64,000 bases of DNA from Candidatus Woesearchaeota archaeon. GTDB taxonomy: Archaea; Nanobdellota; Nanobdellia; Pacearchaeales; GW2011-AR1. The translations under genes and the position numbers were made by a program. This document shows, one piece after another, positions 20,183 to 30,575 of this stretch. Below the pieces are notes generated by a model, which was not told where the DNA came from, ran no database searches, and saw only the letters and a list, made by a program, of their open reading frames with translations. Each line of letters begins with the position of its first letter. Positions within the stretch are counted from its first letter, which is position 1. The stretch lies in assembly GCA_964592915.1 (NCBI GenBank), contig CAZQGH010000002.1:6435-70434 (forward strand), read 5' to 3'.

Positions 20183-21445
20183 ATGTTAGATATTAATTTA
20201 TTAAGAGAAAATCCTGAGAAAGTCAAGAAAAGTGTAATAAACAGAGGAAAGGATGAAAAAATAGTTGATGAATTTTTAAAATTAGATGAAAACTGGAGAG
20301 AATTAAAGAAAAAATCTGATGAACTGAGAGCTTATAGAAACAAGCTGAGCAAGGAAATAAATCAGGCAAAAAAATCAGGAAAAGATGTTAAAAAGCTGAT
20401 AAAAAAAGCAAAAGAAATCCCGAAGAAACTGGAAAAAGCTGAAAAGAAACTTAATCAGATTGAGAAACAAAGGCGTGAAATATGGAAAAAAATTCCCAAT
20501 CTTGTTGATAAATCTGTTCCTATTGGAGATGAAAGCAAAAATAAAGTAATTAAAAAATACGGAAAAACCAAGAAAGGAGAAAAAGCACATGCAGATATTA
20601 TGGAAAATATGGATTTAATTGACACAGAAAAAGCTTCTTTTGTTTCAGGAGCAAGATTTTATTATTTGAAAAGAGAATTAGTTAAATTGAATTTAGCTAT
20701 AATCAATTTTGCTATTGATTTTCTATATGATAAGAATTTTATATTAATGCAGCCTCCTTATATGTTGAGAAGAGAAATTTTAGAAGGTGCAATAAATTAT
20801 GAAACTTTCGAAGATGCGATTTATAAAATTGAAAATGAAGATTTATATTTAATTGGAACTGCAGAGCATGCTTTAAATGCTTATAAATCTGGTGAGGTGA
20901 TTAATCCAAAGGAATTACCCTTAAGATTTGCAGGTATTTCTCCGTGTTTTAGAAAAGAGGCTGGAGCTCATGGTAAAGATACAAAAGGCATATTTAGGAC
21001 TCATCAGTTTGAGAAAGTTGAGCAGTTTGTTTTTTGTAAACCTAGTGAGTCATGGAAAGAGTATGAACTAATATTAAATAATACTATAGAAATGTTTAAG
21101 CAGATAGGCATTCCTTTCAGAACTGTTATTTTGTCAAGTGAGGATATGGGCTCTATACCAACAAAAACAATTGATTTAGAAGGATGGTTTCCTAGTCAGA
21201 ATCAGTATAGAGAATTAGCTTCTTGTTCTAATTGTCTGGATTATCAAGCTAGGAGAAGCAATACAAGATTTCAGGATGGAAACGAATTAAATTATGTTCA
21301 CACTTTAAATAATACAGCTATTGCTACAGAAAGAATGATGACATGTATTGTTGAGAATTTTGTTAATAATAAAGGAGAGATTGAAGTTCCTAAAGTTTTG
21401 CAAAAATACACTGGTTTTAAGATTATTAAACCTGTTAAAAATTAA
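20183..21445 (+). CDS. serS: seryl-tRNA synthetase
   Basis: MLD start, coiled-coil arm, GTAE, CFRKEAG, HQFEKVE, SCSNC.DYQARR, HTLN. Confidence 0.96.
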   Translation: MLDINLLRENPEKVKKSVINRGKDEKIVDEFLKLDENWRELKKKSDELRAYRNKLSKEINQAKKSGKDVKKLIKKAKEIPKKLEKAEKKLNQIEKQRREIWKKIPNLVDKSVPIGDESKNKVIKKYGKTKKGEKAHADIMENMDLIDTEKASFVSGARFYYLKRELVKLNLAIINFAIDFLYDKNFILMQPPYMLRREILEGAINYETFEDAIYKIENEDLYLIGTAEHALNAYKSGEVINPKELPLRFAGISPCFRKEAGAHGKDTKGIFRTHQFEKVEQFVFCKPSESWKEYELILNNTIEMFKQIGIPFRTVILSSEDMGSIPTKTIDLEGWFPSQNQYRELASCSNCLDYQARRSNTRFQDGNELNYVHTLNNTAIATERMMTCIVENFVNNKGEIEVPKVLQKYTGFKIIKPVKN

Positions 21446-22644
21446 GTTATTACAGAATAAACTGATTCTAAATCTCTTATATAATCAAGTATTTCTTCAT
21501 TGGGCATTTGATATAATCTAAATCTCGTTTTTGCGGTTGTGGTTCCTTGCAGATGGTCTGAGGAATTATCTTTGATATTAATATCTTCAGATGCAAGCAT
21601 TTGAGTTATGTTTGCAAAAACTCCAGGTTCATCTTCATGATGGATATGAACAACATATAATTCAGTTTTTTCATCCTCTTCTCCATCTCCGTCAGAAATA
21701 TTAATAAAATTTCTTGATTCTCCATTTTTCAGGTAATTAACTATAACTTCAGCCATTTCAATGGCTGTTTTTCTTTGTGCTTCTTGGGTATTTGCCCCTA
21801 AATGTGATGTTAAGACAATATTATCTAAACTCTTATACTTATTTTTCCATTTTTCTCCTTCTTTTCCTTCATCTCTGTAAACATCTAATCCTGCGCCTCT
21901 TATTTTTCCAGTTGCCAATGCGCCATAGACTGTTTCATTATCTATATTTTCGCCTCTTGATACATTGATTAGTATTGAATTTTCATTCATTAATTCTATT
22001 TCTTTTTCTCCAATAATTACAGATTTTCCTCCAGTATGTATTGAAACAAAATCTGCATTTTTCAAAACAAATTCTTTATCTTTTAACTGGATTTTTGAAT
22101 CTGGATATCCTGCTTTAACTTTTTCAGGGTATAAATCACTTCCAATAACCCAATCAAATGGGGGAGATGCTAGTTGGGATAATCTTTGTCCTATTCTTCC
22201 GCAGCCCAAAATCCCTAAAGTTCTTCCTGATAATTCTATACCTTTAAATTGTTTTTTTGCCCAAATGCCATTTTTCAATTCATAATGTGACTGGGGGATA
22301 AATCTTGAAACTGCAAACATTAAACCTAGAGCATGCTCTGCAGCTGCATTTGTATTTCCGTTTGGAGCATTTGCAACAGGAATTCCATATTCTGATGCAG
22401 TTTGAATATCAATATTGTCATAACCCACTCCTGCTCTTCCGATTATTTTTAATTTCCCTCCATACCCCGCTTCTATTACTTCTGGAGTAACTTTTGTTGC
22501 ACTTCTTACAACAAGAGCATCATAATTTCTAATATCCTGGATTAAATCATCTAAACTTCTTTTTTCAGAATCAGTTTCAAATCCAGCATTTTGTAAAATT
22601 TCAACGCCTTCTTGAGATAATCCATCATTAAGTAATATTTTCAT
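21442..22644 (-). CDS. serA: D-3-phosphoglycerate dehydrogenase with C-terminal ACT domain
   Basis: VRSATKVT, GRAGVGYDNID, G.GRIG, SHLGANT.EAQ, H.DEPGVFA. Confidence 0.88.
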   Translation of the reverse strand: MKILLNDGLSQEGVEILQNAGFETDSEKRSLDDLIQDIRNYDALVVRSATKVTPEVIEAGYGGKLKIIGRAGVGYDNIDIQTASEYGIPVANAPNGNTNAAAEHALGLMFAVSRFIPQSHYELKNGIWAKKQFKGIELSGRTLGILGCGRIGQRLSQLASPPFDWVIGSDLYPEKVKAGYPDSKIQLKDKEFVLKNADFVSIHTGGKSVIIGEKEIELMNENSILINVSRGENIDNETVYGALATGKIRGAGLDVYRDEGKEGEKWKNKYKSLDNIVLTSHLGANTQEAQRKTAIEMAEVIVNYLKNGESRNFINISDGDGEEDEKTELYVVHIHHEDEPGVFANITQMLASEDINIKDNSSDHLQGTTTAKTRFRLYQMPNEEILDYIRDLESVYSVIT

Positions 22645-22744
22645 AATATTATTTAGAGATTTTACTTAAATAGATTGTTATGATAAGAGATATATTATTC
22701 AGTTATATGAAACAATTTATAAATAAAATTTTCTTAGTTATACA

Positions 22745-23386
22745 ATGGCAAAAAATAAATCAAATGACAAGAAAACAGATAAAAAAATGCAAAAAAAACT
22801 GAGGATTTTAGCAGCAGGAGATATTCATGGAGACAGCAAGTTATCAAAAAGTTTAGCTGAAAAAGCCAAAAAAGAGCATGTTGATTTAGTTATATTAACT
22901 GGAGATATAACTTCTCCAGTGGAATCTAAAAATTTGATAAAGCCATTTAAAGATAAACATCAGAAAGTTTTGTTAATTCCTGGCAACTGGGACAGTTTTG
23001 CTACAGTTGATTTTTTAGCTGAATTATACGGAATGAGAAATATACATGGTTATTCTGTTAAGTATCATGATGTGGGGATATTTGGAGCTGGAGGAGCGTT
23101 AGGTTTTGATACATCTGATAAAGAATTATTCAATACATTGAAAAGAGGAAATTCTGCATTAAAAGGAGTTGAAAAGAAAATTATGGTTACTCATATGCAT
23201 CCTAAAGATTCTAAATCTGAATTTTCAGGAATCGAAGGTTCTGAAGGCATAAAAAAAGCAATTAAAAAATTCAAGCCTGATTTTTTATTGCATGCCCATA
23301 TACATGAAGCTGAAGGATTAGAAGAGCAGATTGGTAAGACAAAAGTCATTAATGTTGGCAAGAAGGGAAAGATTATTGAGATATGA
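22745..23386 (+). CDS. calcineurin-like metallophosphoesterase
   Basis: GDIHG, GD, PGNWD, TH.HP, HAHIHE. Confidence 0.88.
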   Translation: MAKNKSNDKKTDKKMQKKLRILAAGDIHGDSKLSKSLAEKAKKEHVDLVILTGDITSPVESKNLIKPFKDKHQKVLLIPGNWDSFATVDFLAELYGMRNIHGYSVKYHDVGIFGAGGALGFDTSDKELFNTLKRGNSALKGVEKKIMVTHMHPKDSKSEFSGIEGSEGIKKAIKKFKPDFLLHAHIHEAEGLEEQIGKTKVINVGKKGKIIEI

Positions 23387-23969
23387 TTACCAGTGATATG
23401 TTTTTTTTTATGTAAATCATATCTTCTTCAATAAATGGTCTCATTGCCTTTCCTATCCCCTGAACTTGTTCTCTTTGTTTTTTAGTTAGACTTTCTAGTG
23501 TTCTATTAGCCCTATCAGATACATCTATTGTTAAGAAACTTACTGAATGAGGAACTTCAAAAATGTTACTAGCAAATTCATATACTTCACATACAGGAGT
23601 AGGGTCAAAATAAGGATTGCATTTATTTGCCCATCCATATTTAATCATTTTTTCAATAGGTTCTATAACTGCTGAATCAATTTTAGCTCTTCTTTCTTCA
23701 GTCATCTGTTCTTGGAAATAAGGGATAAGTGTCTTTTCAAATCCTCCTCTTTCAAAATAATATCTATGATTATCAACTTTTCCTGCTGAACCTCCTACAA
23801 AACTTATAGTTCCGTTTACTAGCTCTGACAATAAGAATTTTCCAATTGTGGGAAATTCTTTTTTTCCTGAATTCATGGGTGAAACAAGAAAAGTTTCAAA
23901 CAATTCTCTTCTTTGTTTGTATGCTTTGATTTCAGCTTTAAAATTAGTTAGTGGTTTTTGTTTTGACAT
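23373..23969 (-). CDS. hypothetical protein
   Basis: 198 aa ATG ORF in a run of overlapping minus-strand ORFs. Confidence 0.6.
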   Translation of the reverse strand: MSKQKPLTNFKAEIKAYKQRRELFETFLVSPMNSGKKEFPTIGKFLLSELVNGTISFVGGSAGKVDNHRYYFERGGFEKTLIPYFQEQMTEERRAKIDSAVIEPIEKMIKYGWANKCNPYFDPTPVCEVYEFASNIFEVPHSVSFLTIDVSDRANRTLESLTKKQREQVQGIGKAMRPFIEEDMIYIKKNISLVIISQ

Positions 23970-24522
23970 TTTTTCTTTTCAATTTTTTATCTTTTGGATT
24001 TCCTTTTCTGTCCCTTGGATAATTTTTGCCTAAAATACCGCATCTAACCCATGTTATATTTAAGTCCTCATTGTTTATTTCAGCTAAATAAGTATCGCAA
24101 TCGTAAGTTCTGAAATCTCCGTTTTCAAGCTTTTCTGTTATCAAATCAGTTAGTTTATCTGATTTTAATTCAACATATCTGTTTCCATAATGAACTTCAA
24201 ATAAAATTCCTTCAAAAGGAGATATTTGTTTTAATTTTTGATATTGTTTTGTGCAGGTTTTGCAGGTTCTCAGCATTCTTGCCCATTCTGTTTTATCTCC
24301 TTTTTCCAATTTTTCAAGTTTTTCATCCAAACTTTTTGCAATGTTTGTTCTTCCAGTCCAGAAACCTCCGTTTACAGAGTCAGTTTCTTTTGCTGAATTC
24401 ATCAAATTACCATATGAATCTTCAGAAGGATTTTTCAAATAAGAAACTAACTTATCAATAAACTCTGAATATCTTCTGTTTCTTTTTTCATCTCTTGCTA
24501 AATCTGAAAATGCGTCTGTCAT
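23944..24522 (-). CDS. hypothetical protein
   Basis: 192 aa ORF; ATGA-type overlap with the upstream ORF. Confidence 0.6.
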   Translation of the reverse strand: MTDAFSDLARDEKRNRRYSEFIDKLVSYLKNPSEDSYGNLMNSAKETDSVNGGFWTGRTNIAKSLDEKLEKLEKGDKTEWARMLRTCKTCTKQYQKLKQISPFEGILFEVHYGNRYVELKSDKLTDLITEKLENGDFRTYDCDTYLAEINNEDLNITWVRCGILGKNYPRDRKGNPKDKKLKRKNVKTKTTN

Positions 24523-24965
24523 TTTATAAAATTTAAGTGCAATTGTCCTGATTTATCTGAAATTAAACCTGCTTCAATTAGGTTTTCTTCAGGAAGTGGC
24601 ATTAAGACAACAGTATTTAATGCTGAATTAAAAGGGGAGTTTTGAGACTGGTCAATTAATGATTTTAATATGTAGTCAATGAACTTTACTCTGTCTTCCT
24701 TTCTGATTTCTTTTTCACAGTTTTTTGAGATATTGAGCAAAGTTTCTTCTAATGTTGAAGGTAATGTATAGGATGTTCCATTTGTTGTGAAATGAAACAT
24801 ATATTTCTTGTCTTCTTTTTTATCTGTTATTGCTCCTGTGCCTTCATACCAGGAATATGCAGATTCAATATAACCAGCTACTAATGCCTGTTTTATTATT
24901 TGTTTACTTGCTTTACTTCCCGAAAAGATTCCTTGGTATCTATTTCCTTCTAATTTGCATCTCAT
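24519..24965 (-). CDS. hypothetical protein
   Basis: 148 aa ORF overlapping both neighbours. Confidence 0.55.
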   Translation of the reverse strand: MRCKLEGNRYQGIFSGSKASKQIIKQALVAGYIESAYSWYEGTGAITDKKEDKKYMFHFTTNGTSYTLPSTLEETLLNISKNCEKEIRKEDRVKFIDYILKSLIDQSQNSPFNSALNTVVLMPLPEENLIEAGLISDKSGQLHLNFIK

Positions 24966-25227
24966 TTTTTTCAGTTTTAAGAGGAATTATTATTTTTGAT
25001 TCCAAACCAGGAATTTCAGCCTGCTTTATGGTATTCATATACTCTAACTTATCCAATACACCCTGAAAAGTGGTTCCACGAGGAAAAAGACCATGGTCTC
25101 CGGGAGTTATCATTGTCACATCCATAGCTTCTTCATAAGTAAGGTATATCCTGCCTAATTTCCTGCATTTTTTCAGGTATGCTTCTGGCAAAACATTGAA
25201 ATATCTTTTATTAGTCATTTTCTTCAT
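24940..25227 (-). CDS. hypothetical protein
   Basis: 95 aa ORF overlapping both neighbours. Confidence 0.5.
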   Translation of the reverse strand: MKKMTNKRYFNVLPEAYLKKCRKLGRIYLTYEEAMDVTMITPGDHGLFPRGTTFQGVLDKLEYMNTIKQAEIPGLESKIIIPLKTEKNEMQIRRK

Positions 25228-25879
25228 TTAATTTTTTTAGCATGAATATGGCATGATGCGGATAAGTAGAATCAGAAACAGGTTTGAGTTCAAATAATCT
25301 GAAAAGATAAAATCTTGCTTTGTTTATGCTGTGAATATAATCTTCAAATAACCTATAATAATTAAATCTTTTAATTCCTTTCCAGTATTCATAATGTTTT
25401 CCCTTAACAAAGTAATTCATTTCATTATATTTTACCATTTTTCTTAAAGGGTGAGGAACTGCAAATACAACCTCGCCATTATCATCTAAAATTCTGTTAA
25501 ATTCTTTTAATACTGGAATAATATTCCTTTTATACATTAAAGAAAATATTGAGATAATTATATTAAATGAATTATTTCTAAAAGTTGTGGATTCCATATC
25601 TGAGATTTTAAATGTTGTTCTTGGATAATTTTTCATTGCAATTTCTATGCATTTATCACGGATATCTATGCCAAAAGTTTTGGCTTTTTTATAATCATAA
25701 CATTCAGAACCCTCTCCGCACCCTGCAAAAAGGATTTTTTTATTTTTTGTTTCACCTAAATTTGTTTTTATCATTTTTCTTATATGCTTATTTTCTTTGT
25801 ATTTAGTTTGCTTTTTTGAAAACTCAGAACATTGTTTGTTGTAGAGTTCTTTTGCTTCTTGCTCATCTTTTCTCTCCAT
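25211..25879 (-). CDS. class I SAM-dependent methyltransferase
   Basis: ILFAGCGEG, GIDI, ISDME, F.NNSFNIIIS, LKEFNRIL..NG; likely start MERKD at 25879. Confidence 0.85.
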   Translation of the reverse strand: MERKDEQEAKELYNKQCSEFSKKQTKYKENKHIRKMIKTNLGETKNKKILFAGCGEGSECYDYKKAKTFGIDIRDKCIEIAMKNYPRTTFKISDMESTTFRNNSFNIIISIFSLMYKRNIIPVLKEFNRILDDNGEVVFAVPHPLRKMVKYNEMNYFVKGKHYEYWKGIKRFNYYRLFEDYIHSINKARFYLFRLFELKPVSDSTYPHHAIFMLKKLNEEND

Positions 25880-25911
25880 AAATAATAAGGAGTTTGCAAC
25901 TATATACATGT

Positions 25912-25933
25912 TATTGTCAAAATTTTGTCAATA
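25912..25933. promoter_or_regulatory. 22-bp near-perfect palindrome between divergent genes (putative operator)
   Basis: TATTGTCAAAATTTTGTCAATA, 20/22 self-complementary. Confidence 0.55.
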
Positions 25934-25983
25934 GTGTTGCATAATATAGAAAAGCTTAAATATTAATGAATTAGTATAAAATT

Positions 25984-26823
25984 ATGTTAGATAGTCAGAC
26001 AATTAAAAAAATAGAGGAATTTGTTTATTCTCAGCCACGTTCAATGCAGGAAATTGCCAAACATATTGGAAAGTCATGGAGAACTATAGACAGATATGTT
26101 AAAGAAATTGAAAAAGAATACGGAACTATTTCTATGAAAACATTCAGAAAAGGAACAAGAGGAGCGTTAAAAGTTGTTTATTGGAGCAGTGTTGAAAAAG
26201 TTTCTAATTCAGTATTTCAGGAAAGACTTGAAGAGGAGATAATGAGATTAAAGAAAAAAGAAGATTTTTCAGCTTTTGAAATTTATCAGCATGTTTCAGA
26301 TAAAAAAAAGAAAGCAACAATTGAAAAAAAATACAGAGAAGATGAAACTAATTTAAGAGAGTTGAAGCAGTATATGGAAAAATCAAAAAAGCAGATATTA
26401 CTGTTTTCTGGAAATTTGTCATGGGTAAATCTGGAAAATAAAGAAATAAGTTTTTTTGATGAATTAGATAAGTTAGTAAAAAGAGGGATTCCAATAAAAA
26501 TTTTAACAAGAGTAGATTTAGCTGGTTTAAAAAACACTGAAAAAGTGTTGTCGCTAAATTTTAAATATGGCAAAGAATTGGTTGAAATCAGGCATTGTGA
26601 ACAACCTTTAAGAGCGATAATTATTGACAAGCAAATAGCAAGGTTAAAAGAAATAAAGGAGCCAACTGGCAAGATACATGAATTAAATAAAAGGCTTTAT
26701 ATATTCTATACTATAAATGATAAAGAGTGGGTTGAATGGCTTTCAAGAATATTTTGGAAGTTGTTTTCAAATAGTATAGATGCAAACAAGAGAATTGAAG
26801 AGCTTAGGAAGTTAAAAAAATAA
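25984..26823 (+). CDS. HTH transcriptional regulator with TrmB/PLD-like effector domain
   Basis: N-terminal SMQEIAKHIGKSWRTIDRYV HTH; C-terminal LVKRGIPIKIL...RAIIID. Confidence 0.65.
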   Translation: MLDSQTIKKIEEFVYSQPRSMQEIAKHIGKSWRTIDRYVKEIEKEYGTISMKTFRKGTRGALKVVYWSSVEKVSNSVFQERLEEEIMRLKKKEDFSAFEIYQHVSDKKKKATIEKKYREDETNLRELKQYMEKSKKQILLFSGNLSWVNLENKEISFFDELDKLVKRGIPIKILTRVDLAGLKNTEKVLSLNFKYGKELVEIRHCEQPLRAIIIDKQIARLKEIKEPTGKIHELNKRLYIFYTINDKEWVEWLSRIFWKLFSNSIDANKRIEELRKLKK

Positions 26824-26842
26824 AAAAATTAAACGAAAAAAC

Positions 26843-29269
26843 ATGGTGTATCAAAATCAGGATGATTATTTTCAGTTTGATGTTAGAGATGTAAAGCATA
26901 CAACTGAAGTTCCGGTAAGGCAAATTTCAGAAAAAGATATAATAAAAATCGAAAAGATGGGTTCAAAAAAATCAAAAAACAAAAAAAATAAAGGAGAATA
27001 CAATTTAATTATAACTGAAAAGCCTCAGGCAGCATTGAAAATAGCAACTGCTTTGGGCAATTATAAAAAATTAGTGGAAAAAAAGGTTCCTTATTATGAA
27101 TTGGAGGTAAACGGAGAAAAAACTGTTATTGCATGCGCAGTAGGGCATTTATTTAATCTTACCTCAGATGGGAAAGGGTGGCCTATTTTTGATATGAAAT
27201 GGGAGCCTAATTTTAAAATAAGAAAGCAGGATTGGAGCAGGAAATATTATCAGGTTTTGAAAAGCCTTGCTAAAAATGCCAAAGAGTTTATTGTTGCTAC
27301 AGACTATGACATTGAAGGAGAAGTAATAGGATGGAATGTAGTGAGATTTTTAGCAAAAGAAAAAGATGCTAAAAGAATGAAATTCTCAACCCTAACTAAA
27401 AAAGAATTAGAAAAATCATTTAAAAATTTAATGCCCAGCATTAACTGGGGGCATGCTATTGCAGGAGAAACTCGGCATTATCTGGACTGGATGTATGGAA
27501 TTAATCTTTCCAGAGGATTAATGGAAGCAATAAAATCAACCGGAAAATTTAGAATTATGTCTATTGGCAGAGTTCAGGGACCAGCTTTAGATTTAATAGT
27601 TAATAAAGAAAGGGAGATTCATAAATTTGAACCTGAACCATACTGGCAGATTTTTGTAAAATTAAAAAAACATGAAGCATTATTAAAATATACAAAAGAT
27701 GTAAAAGACAAGAAGAAACTTGAATTTTTTAAAAAACTGAAGGGTGGAAAAGGAAATGCCAAAACTTCAAAGAAAAAAAGAAGCATTACTCCTCCATATC
27801 CTTTTGATTTGTCTACATTGCAGAGAGAAGCTTACAGATTATTTAAGCTGAAACCTTCACGAACATTGCAATTAGCTCAGAATTTGTATTTAGCTGGAAT
27901 AATTTCATATCCAAGAACTTCCTCTCAGAAAATTCCTGAGGAGATTGAGCCGAAAAAGATTCTAAAAAGATTAAAATCCCGTTTTAAACAAGTTGAGCAT
28001 GTAAAAAGAGATAAACCTGTCGAAGGTAAGAAATCAGACCCGGCTCATCCTTCTATATACCCTACTGGGGAGTTTGGAGCCATGTCAAAAGAAGAAGGGA
28101 AAATTTATAATTTGGTTGTAAAAAGATTTATTTCATGCTTTTGTGAAAATGCTGAGGTTGAGGATAAGAGAATCAACTTTATTATCCATAAGAAAGATAA
28201 AAAATACAGGTTTACTGTTTCTGGATTAGAAGTTTTAAATAAAGCATGGATGAATGTTTATCCTGTTAAAATGAAAGAAGAGCAAATAGAGGATATAAAT
28301 GGAGAAAAAGAAATTGAAAAAGTCAATATTGAAGAAAAAGAAACCAAACCTCCAAAAAGATTTACTCCTGCTTCAATTATCTCGGAATTGGAAAAGAGAA
28401 ACCTTGGAACGAAGGCAACAAGAGCTTCAATTGTTGAAACATTATATGACAGGGATTATATTAAAGAGCAGTCAATTGAAGCTACTCCTTTAGGGATGAG
28501 TCTGATTTCAACTTTGGAAGAGCATTCTCCGGTTATAATTGATGAAAAATTAACTAGAAGATTTGAAAAGCAAATGGACGGAATTCAAAAAGCTAAGAAG
28601 AATTTAACTAATTTGCAGGACATAACTCTGAAAGAAGCCAAAAAAACAATTAAGAAAATTTCGGAAGATTTTAAAGAGCATTTAAATGAGATTGGCAAGG
28701 CATTGGTAAAAGCAAATGAAAAAATGTATGAACAAGAAAGAGAAGAAAATACATTAGGGAAATGTCCCAAATGCAAAAAAGGGAATTTGGTTATTTTATA
28801 CAACCGAAAAGCCCGAAGAAATTTTATCGGATGTTCAAATTATCCTAAATGCAAACAAACTTATTCTTTACCCCCCAATGGCTTAATAAAACCAGTTAGA
28901 GATAAAGACAATAAGTTAGTAAAATGTGAAAAATGTGGATTTTCCAAATTAATGAGAATTCAGAGGGGGAAGCGGCCATGGATTTTTTGTTTTAATCCTG
29001 AATGCGAGACAAATAAAGAATGGCAGAAAAAAGCAAAAAAATACAAGAAAAGTCATGTTGTAGTTGAGAGCAAAGCAGAATTTGAAAAAACTGATAAAAA
29101 ATCCAAGAAAAAGAGCAAGAAGAAAAGTAAGAAAACAAAAAAGAAAACAGAGAAAGTACCGAAAAATAAAAAATCAAAAAAATCTGGAGGGTTTAAATGT
29201 TTAGAATGCGGAAGAAGTTTCAAGTCAAAAAGGGGTTTAAAGATTCATCAGTCAGCTAAACATAAATAA
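26843..29269 (+). CDS. topA: DNA topoisomerase IA (archaeal TopA/Topo III)
   Basis: ITEKP, AVGHL, ATDYDIEGE, SIGRVQGP, ISYPRT, GTKATRA; C4 Zn ribbons, Lys-rich tail and a C2H2 finger. Confidence 0.95.
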   Translation: MVYQNQDDYFQFDVRDVKHTTEVPVRQISEKDIIKIEKMGSKKSKNKKNKGEYNLIITEKPQAALKIATALGNYKKLVEKKVPYYELEVNGEKTVIACAVGHLFNLTSDGKGWPIFDMKWEPNFKIRKQDWSRKYYQVLKSLAKNAKEFIVATDYDIEGEVIGWNVVRFLAKEKDAKRMKFSTLTKKELEKSFKNLMPSINWGHAIAGETRHYLDWMYGINLSRGLMEAIKSTGKFRIMSIGRVQGPALDLIVNKEREIHKFEPEPYWQIFVKLKKHEALLKYTKDVKDKKKLEFFKKLKGGKGNAKTSKKKRSITPPYPFDLSTLQREAYRLFKLKPSRTLQLAQNLYLAGIISYPRTSSQKIPEEIEPKKILKRLKSRFKQVEHVKRDKPVEGKKSDPAHPSIYPTGEFGAMSKEEGKIYNLVVKRFISCFCENAEVEDKRINFIIHKKDKKYRFTVSGLEVLNKAWMNVYPVKMKEEQIEDINGEKEIEKVNIEEKETKPPKRFTPASIISELEKRNLGTKATRASIVETLYDRDYIKEQSIEATPLGMSLISTLEEHSPVIIDEKLTRRFEKQMDGIQKAKKNLTNLQDITLKEAKKTIKKISEDFKEHLNEIGKALVKANEKMYEQEREENTLGKCPKCKKGNLVILYNRKARRNFIGCSNYPKCKQTYSLPPNGLIKPVRDKDNKLVKCEKCGFSKLMRIQRGKRPWIFCFNPECETNKEWQKKAKKYKKSHVVVESKAEFEKTDKKSKKKSKKKSKKTKKKTEKVPKNKKSKKSGGFKCLECGRSFKSKRGLKIHQSAKHK

Positions 29270-29272
29270 TAT

Positions 29273-29644
29273 TTAATTAGAGGTATGAATAGGAATGGGA
29301 GAAAATATCCCTTGGTAAAGTTCTGCTAGAATTTTAGCATTTTCTGCGTTATCCCGTAAAATAGAGCATATTAAACTTTCTTCAAGAGCATTATATGTTT
29401 CTCTAGTTAATTTCCTTTTCTCTAGACTCTCCATAAAATAGCTTAATGCTTGGTCAATATAATCCCATGTATATCCTGATTTATGTAATGGTTCCCTATC
29501 ATAAAGAGTGGGAGAGTTTGCTTTATTTATCTGTGATAATCTATCATAAACAGGTAAACTATTTAGAACCCCTGAGTTATTAGCATTATATCTTCTTAAT
29601 TCAGTGTCAGATATTGAATTAAGCGTTTCAAAAGAAGCATGCAA
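29273..29644 (-). CDS. hypothetical protein (start uncertain)
   Basis: TTG start; the frame stays open about 30 codons further upstream without an ATG. Confidence 0.45.
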   Translation of the reverse strand: MHASFETLNSISDTELRRYNANNSGVLNSLPVYDRLSQINKANSPTLYDREPLHKSGYTWDYIDQALSYFMESLEKRKLTRETYNALEESLICSILRDNAENAKILAELYQGIFSPIPIHTSN

Positions 29645-29793
29645 TTTTTTTAATTTTTCTTTAATATCTTTCTCTTTTTCAAGTAAATTATTTATTTGTT
29701 GTTTTGATTTTACTTGTGCAATATATAACTTATTAATTTAATAACTTGATTCTTTTAAAAATAATTCTATACTCAAACATATAGATTAAATTA

Positions 29794-30534
29794 TTAAATC
29801 CATCTTCTTTTTTTAATAGTCCTATTAGTAATTTCAAAATTCAGGTATTTTTCCGGCAAGCTGCGGTGTTTTTTTAAAACAAGTTTTCTTTTTCCTTTGC
29901 TGTTTTCTAATTCAATTAAGCATTTGCTCCAGTATTTTAATATATCCCCTCCAACCATTCTTGTTTTGGCTTTTTTCCCTGCTCTGAATTCTTCACTTGA
30001 TAAAAATTCAGAATAAACCTGATTTGTAACAACAACAGGTATGAGTTTTTTTCTTGCAATTTCAGCTAAAATTCTCATTTGTTTTGCCAATTCTCTGTTT
30101 GTTTCTTTTATTTTTTGTTTGTCTTCATTCTGAGCAGCTTCTGCTAATTCTAATCTGTAAAGCATAGTCATCCCATCTACAATTATTAATCCAATTTTTC
30201 CTTTGTTTTTTATCTGATCTAGTAAAGAAGAAAAAACCTTAATTTGCTCAGAAAAATTCACAGGTTTTAATAAAATAATGTTTTTTAAGAATTTTTCATA
30301 TTCTTCTCCTGCAATCTGCTTGAATCTGTCAACAGAAAACCCCCCCTCAGTGTCTATAAAAATCACTTTATTGTTCTTTTTTGCCTGAGAAACAGCAACT
30401 AATAAACAAAGATTAGTTTTTCCTGTTCCTGCTTCTCCGTATATGGTTGTTATGATGTCTTTTTCATAACCTCCATAAAGAAAAGTATTTAAGTCATAGC
30501 TTCCAGCTGATATTTTTCTATATTTCATACTCAT
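29794..30534 (-). CDS. radB: DNA repair and recombination protein RadB
   Basis: GEAGTGKT, FIDTEGGFS.DR, VTNQVY, GGDILKYWSK, KHRS. Confidence 0.93.
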   Translation of the reverse strand: MSMKYRKISAGSYDLNTFLYGGYEKDIITTIYGEAGTGKTNLCLLVAVSQAKKNNKVIFIDTEGGFSVDRFKQIAGEEYEKFLKNIILLKPVNFSEQIKVFSSLLDQIKNKGKIGLIIVDGMTMLYRLELAEAAQNEDKQKIKETNRELAKQMRILAEIARKKLIPVVVTNQVYSEFLSSEEFRAGKKAKTRMVGGDILKYWSKCLIELENSKGKRKLVLKKHRSLPEKYLNFEITNRTIKKRRWI

Positions 30535-30575
30535 GAAATTCAGAAGTTTAGGATATTAATAAAATTATGTTTATT

